Assembly (NCBI GenBank): GCA_965212015.1
Contig: OZ243037.1
Location: forward strand, 1,184,001 to 1,248,000
Direction of reading: 5' to 3'
Source: Cenarchaeum sp.
GTDB taxonomy: Archaea; Thermoproteota; Nitrososphaeria; Nitrososphaerales; Nitrosopumilaceae
Length of the DNA: 64,000 nucleotides
Numbering within the stretch: the stretch's first letter is position 1; each line of letters starts with the position of its first letter. Position numbers and translations under genes: made by a program. The notes beneath the pieces are model-generated. The model was not told the DNA's origin, searched no databases, and saw only the letters and a program-made list of their open reading frames with translations. This document shows, one piece after another, positions 60,582 through 64,000 of the stretch.

Positions 60582-61303
60582 GCCAACTCCTTGTAATCCA
60601 CGTGCATGCCGCATTCCTTGTGTCCGTCTTGCTCCCACCACCACCGTCCGGCCCTCTTGTCCTCGCCGGGTTTGACGGCCCTGGTGCAGGGGGCGCATCC
60701 GATGCTCGGGTATCCCCTGTCTAGAAGCTTGTTGTAAGGTATGTCGTTTTGTTTAATGTAATTCCACACGTCGTCCCACGTCCAGTCAACGATCGGGTTG
60801 ATCTTGAGAATCCCGCCGTGCTGTGAATCAAGCTCAAAGATCCGCGCGCCGGTCCTGTTTTCTGTCTGATCCTGGCGCAGTCCCGTAATCCACCCGTCAA
60901 GGGTTCCGAGTATTTTGTCCGTGGGATTGATCTTTCGTATCTGGCAGCAGAGCTTTCTGTTCTCGGGGCTGTCATAGAACAGATTGACTCCGCGTGTCCG
61001 TACCATCTCCTCGACTTCGTCTGCGTCAGGAAACAGGATTTCAAGTTTGATGCCGTATTTTTTTGCCGTTTCGTCCATTATGTCATAGGTCTCCTGCGGC
61101 AGCCTTCCCGTGTCAAGCGTAAAAAACCTGAATTCCGGGTTTATCTTTACCATCATGTGGGTTATGGCGGCGTCCTCTGCGCCAAAACTGGACGCCTTGG
61201 CCACGCCGGGATGCAGATTCTCAGAGGCCCATTTAATGGCCTCCTGCGCGGTGCCGAACTGTGAGTTTAGCTCGTCGACTTGGGACTGGGAGAACTTTGT
61301 CAA
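60578..61303 (-). CDS. cysH: APS/PAPS reductase (Fe-S, APS-reductase type)
   Basis: [46 protein letters not shown] motifs; TTG start with TATAAAA box about 22 nt upstream. Confidence 0.94.
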   Translation of the reverse strand: MTKFSQSQVDELNSQFGTAQEAIKWASENLHPGVAKASSFGAEDAAITHMMVKINPEFRFFTLDTGRLPQETYDIMDETAKKYGIKLEILFPDADEVEEMVRTRGVNLFYDSPENRKLCCQIRKINPTDKILGTLDGWITGLRQDQTENRTGARIFELDSQHGGILKINPIVDWTWDDVWNYIKQNDIPYNKLLDRGYPSIGCAPCTRAVKPGEDKRAGRWWWEQDGHKECGMHVDYKELA

Positions 61304-61548
61304 CGAGCCTGCTGGCCCGATTTGTTTTATATTTGATTGCAAGCGTGGTTCCACGCAAAGCATTCTTGCCGACATCCGTTCCTGCCGTCCTGCCTCCCTT
61401 ATGTTTGTGGCTGGGCGCACAAGATCTGTATTGGCCGCACACGCTGCCGCAGGCCGGACTGTTTCAGGCGGAAATATCCGCGCTGCGGGATTTTTTCTCC
61501 AGTCCGCGCATATGGAAAGGCACGTGCATGCCATTTAGATAAAAAATG

Positions 61549-61644
61549 GCGTGATCCCTAGTTTGCAGGAACTTTGGGAGACTACCTCCCGGTTCAGGCC
61601 CACTCGTGGCGCCTGATTTCACATTTTGTCCTGCGGGATCACGC
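61549..61644 (-). ncRNA. Candidate structured non-coding RNA (three-way junction)
   Basis: Nested stems GCGTGATCCC/GGGATCACGC, GCAGGA/TCCTGC, GGGAG/CTCCC, TCAGGC/GCCTGA; minus-strand TATA-like box upstream and T6 tract downstream; strand inferred from these signals. Confidence 0.6.
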
Positions 61645-61686
61645 AGCTCTAGTCGATAGTAATTGGATCTATCGGCATCACACAGT

Positions 61687-61728
61687 ATAGTAATTATTAC
61701 TATTTAACATTTAGTATGAAAATTCATA
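61687..61728. promoter_or_regulatory. Palindromic operator-like sites overlapping a TATA-like box
   Basis: ATAGTAAT-T-ATTACTAT (61687-61703), TATGAA-AA-TTCATA (61715-61728), minus-strand TTAAATA at 61701-61707. Confidence 0.55.
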
Positions 61729-61914
61729 TAAAATCAACCGTCATATTGGAATTTTTTGAGGCTAAATGATGCAAATGTCCGGATCCGGACCGGTGCAGAT
61801 GGCATGGCAGGAGCAGCCGGCGGCGGAATCCCGCACGCTGCGGGTCTGCACCTGCAAAAAAACGGCGCGGAGGTGGAAATAGAATTAATAGTACAGGTGC
61901 AAGACTCGAGAGCC

Positions 61915-62124
61915 ATGGAGCAGCTCAAAAAGAGAAAGATTCGCCTGATTATCCTGCTTGCAGTCATTTGGTTTGTCATTACACTTCCGCTTCCGTGGAT
62001 TGTCGGAAATCCCGACGTAAAAGAGTCCTCGTTTTACACAATTCTGGGAATCATTGGAATCATGTCGATTCCGTTTGTCATGCTGGGAATTGTCTGGACC
62101 CTAAAGCCAGAGCTTACAACATGA
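61915..62124 (+). CDS. Small two-TM membrane protein
   Basis: MEQLKKRKIRLIILLAVIWF...; stop overlaps the cysQ start (ATGA); TTAATA box upstream. Confidence 0.8.
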   Translation: MEQLKKRKIRLIILLAVIWFVITLPLPWIVGNPDVKESSFYTILGIIGIMSIPFVMLGIVWTLKPELTT

Positions 62125-62927
62125 AAGTTCCCATACAGGACAAGATGCCCGAGCTTGACTTGGCCATAGAGGCCGCACTCACGGCGGGCCGGGAGATAAT
62201 GAGAATCTACCGGACTGATTTTTCGTCGGGAACCAAGGCCGACGATTCTCCCATTACCGAGGCGGACCTGGCAAGCAACCGGATAATAAGGGACATACTT
62301 GCAAGGTCGGGCCACTATATTCTGTCAGAGGAGGATGCGGACAGCGCAGACAGGCTAAAGGAGACCGTTCTGTGGATTGTAGATCCGCTGGACGGGACGT
62401 CGGACTTTATCGACAGGACGGGAGAGTTTACCGTAATGGTTGCGCTGGTACGCGACGGCAGGCCGGTAATAGGGGTGATTAACTGGCCGGACGGGGGCGA
62501 GCTGTTCGTGGCACAGAGGGGCGGCGGCGCATTCAGGCTCTCCGAGGGAGAATGGAGGGGGATTGCAGTCAGCCCCGTCACGGAGCTGGGATCGTGCAGG
62601 ATTGTCGGAAGCAGGCACCACCTGTCCCGTCTGGAGCGCGATCTAATCGGCAAGATGGGCATAGGCGAGTTTGTCAGCGTGGGCAGCTCCCTGAAGGCCT
62701 GCAACGTGGGCTCTGGAAAGGCAGACGCGTACTTTACCCTGACTAACAAGATGAACGAGTGGGACTCTGCGGCATCAAGCTGCATAGTGACTGAGGCAGG
62801 CGGAAGGATTACCGACATGTGCGGTAATGAGATCACGTACAACGGCGGCGACGTCAGGCACCAAAACGGGATATTAATCAGCAACGGCGGCCTGCACGAA
62901 AAGATTCTGAGGGCCGTACTAGATTAG
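62121..62927 (+). CDS. cysQ: 3'(2'),5'-bisphosphate nucleotidase (CysQ, inositol monophosphatase family)
   Basis: KADDSPITEAD, LSEE, WIVDPLDGTSDF, GSRHH, GSSLK, EWDSAA motifs. Confidence 0.94.
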   Translation: MKVPIQDKMPELDLAIEAALTAGREIMRIYRTDFSSGTKADDSPITEADLASNRIIRDILARSGHYILSEEDADSADRLKETVLWIVDPLDGTSDFIDRTGEFTVMVALVRDGRPVIGVINWPDGGELFVAQRGGGAFRLSEGEWRGIAVSPVTELGSCRIVGSRHHLSRLERDLIGKMGIGEFVSVGSSLKACNVGSGKADAYFTLTNKMNEWDSAASSCIVTEAGGRITDMCGNEITYNGGDVRHQNGILISNGGLHEKILRAVLD

Positions 62928-63434
62928 ATTTCTGGATTTCAGGTGATCCTTTACCTTGCCTGCGGACTCTGTTAATGACTCGTGTTCTGCGTCAATTAGG
63001 AGATCCGGACTCTCCGGGGCCTCGTATGGATCGTCGATTCCCGTAAATCCCTTTATTTCGCCGGCCCTTGCCTTTGCATACATTCCCTTTACGTCGCGCT
63101 TTTCGCACTCTTGCAGCGAGCATTTCACATAGACCTCGGAGAATTGATCGTCGGATGCTATGATCTTTTTTGCAGTGGAGCGGTTTTCAGCATACGGGCT
63201 GACAAGGGAGACGCAGCTGGAAACCCCGTGCCGGAGCAGGAGCTTTGCCAGATGGGCGACTTTTCTGTTGTGCTCGTCGCGTCCGGCCTTTGAAAAGTCC
63301 TTTGGCGAGAACCATTCGCGCAGCTCGTCGCCGTCAAGCATTGCCAAATTGGGAACGTCCTTTTGCAGCTCTTGGACGATCGTGGTCTTTCCAGAGCAGG
63401 GAAGTCCAGTCATCCACAAGACAAACGGCTTCAT
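62919..63434 (-). CDS. cysC: Adenylyl-sulfate kinase
   Basis: WMTGLPCSGKTT, LDGD, RDVKGMY, FTGIDDPYEAP motifs. Confidence 0.96.
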   Translation of the reverse strand: MKPFVLWMTGLPCSGKTTIVQELQKDVPNLAMLDGDELREWFSPKDFSKAGRDEHNRKVAHLAKLLLRHGVSSCVSLVSPYAENRSTAKKIIASDDQFSEVYVKCSLQECEKRDVKGMYAKARAGEIKGFTGIDDPYEAPESPDLLIDAEHESLTESAGKVKDHLKSRNLI

Positions 63435-63501
63435 AATGCAGAAATCTCCGGCCTTGCCTTAAAATCCTTTTGCCGTTTTGCAGAAATATTCATAGCTCCG
63501 G

Positions 63502-64000
63502 CTAGCGGCACCAGTCCTGCGATTCTAGCACCCCAATCTCCCTTACCATCTCGTCTATCCTCTTTGAGGTGGCAGTCACGGCCTGGAAATACTCGAACAT
63601 TTCCCTCTCTTCTAGCTCGTCGATGGCTTTTTGCGCCTCATCAAAGAACCTGTCCTCCTTTTCCAGATGGTCCCGCAGGTAAATGCAGTAGGTCCTCATG
63701 AACCTGGCAACCGGCTCCCGTGCGTCCTCGCCGTTCTTCCATCTTTTTAGGTGCCGGGATATCTGAAACGCCACGTTGCGCCCAAACTGGTGCTCTATGA
63801 GAAACTTTCTTAGCTCCTCGGCAAAGCCGCCAGAGGCGCCAACGCACGGAAAATACGAGTCCTCCTCCCTGGAATAGTGGATAGAGTCCAGAAACTCGGA
63901 TATTATCAGCGTAATCTTTTCCATGTCCTCAAACGGGATGTCGGCCCCGCCGTACAGCGCCTCGTAGCATTTCGTAATCACCTTTTCAAGCCGCCTTACG
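63502..64000 (-). CDS. Hemerythrin (HHE) domain protein (5' end outside the window)
   Basis: HYSREED, EHQFGR, HLEKED motifs; frame stays open to the window edge. Confidence 0.88.
   Translation of the reverse strand, partial: VRRLEKVITKCYEALYGGADIPFEDMEKITLIISEFLDSIHYSREEDSYFPCVGASGGFAEELRKFLIEHQFGRNVAFQISRHLKRWKNGEDAREPVARFMRTYCIYLRDHLEKEDRFFDEAQKAIDELEEREMFEYFQAVTATSKRIDEMVREIGVLESQDWCR

Noticed and set aside
1946-60596. Many long antisense or alternative-frame ORFs in the track (e.g. 1946-2626, 21364-22437, 22789-23733, 29442-30395, 59394-60596)
   Set aside because: They are shadows of well-supported genes on the opposite strand, are expected at this GC content, and carry no recognisable motifs.
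61304-61534. N-terminal extensions in the ORF track for cysH (likewise sat, cbiG, cysQ, AMMECR1, nfo, lhr)
   Set aside because: The extensions are low-complexity or overlap neighbouring genes; downstream starts match family N-termini, TATA spacing or stop/start overlaps.
61619-61678. Amber read-through (Pyl/Sec-like recoding) of MPIDPITID-TAG into the structured element
   Set aside because: Read-through adds only SCVIPQDKM before a TGA stop; no pyl/sel genes are seen and there is no SECIS-like motif.

Overview
The window is a gene-dense, mostly core-genome segment of an ammonia-oxidising archaeon (Thaumarchaeota/Nitrososphaerota, Nitrosopumilaceae-like). By eye it is GC-richer than free-living marine Nitrosopumilus, which would fit a host-associated lineage such as a sponge symbiont (inference). 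It carries the his operon (hisG-hisD-hisC-HAD), class II HMG-CoA reductase, grpE-dnaK-dnaJ, an ABC exporter, RPA, Lhr, RadB-like ATPase, Lsm, bacterial-type MetK, two anaerobic cobalamin clusters (cbiD-G-X-C, cbiA, cobO; cbiT-L-F), aIF2 alpha/gamma, Nop10, AglB, rpS6e, PriS/PriL, Nfo, GlyRS, Nth, aconitase X subunits, RqcH, an ESCRT-III paralogue, a sulfate-activation cluster (cysH, sat, cysQ, cysC) and three tRNAs (Leu-CAG, Gln-TTG, Gly-CCC). Two small accessory islands (about 41.0-44.6 kb and 47.7-49.0 kb) hold secreted/surface proteins and gene remnants. I saw no CRISPR array, rRNA, transposase or integrase. The best candidates for something undescribed are: (1) a compact multi-stem RNA element at 61549-61644 with its own TATA-like box, palindromic operator, 9-codon ORF and U-tract, lying inside the sulfur cluster; (2) a glutamate-racemase-fold protein with both catalytic Cys replaced by Ser; (3) an SDR divergent from cbiD that could stand in for CbiJ; (4) a mosaic 948-aa surface protein. 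All calls come from motif recognition by eye, with no database searches.
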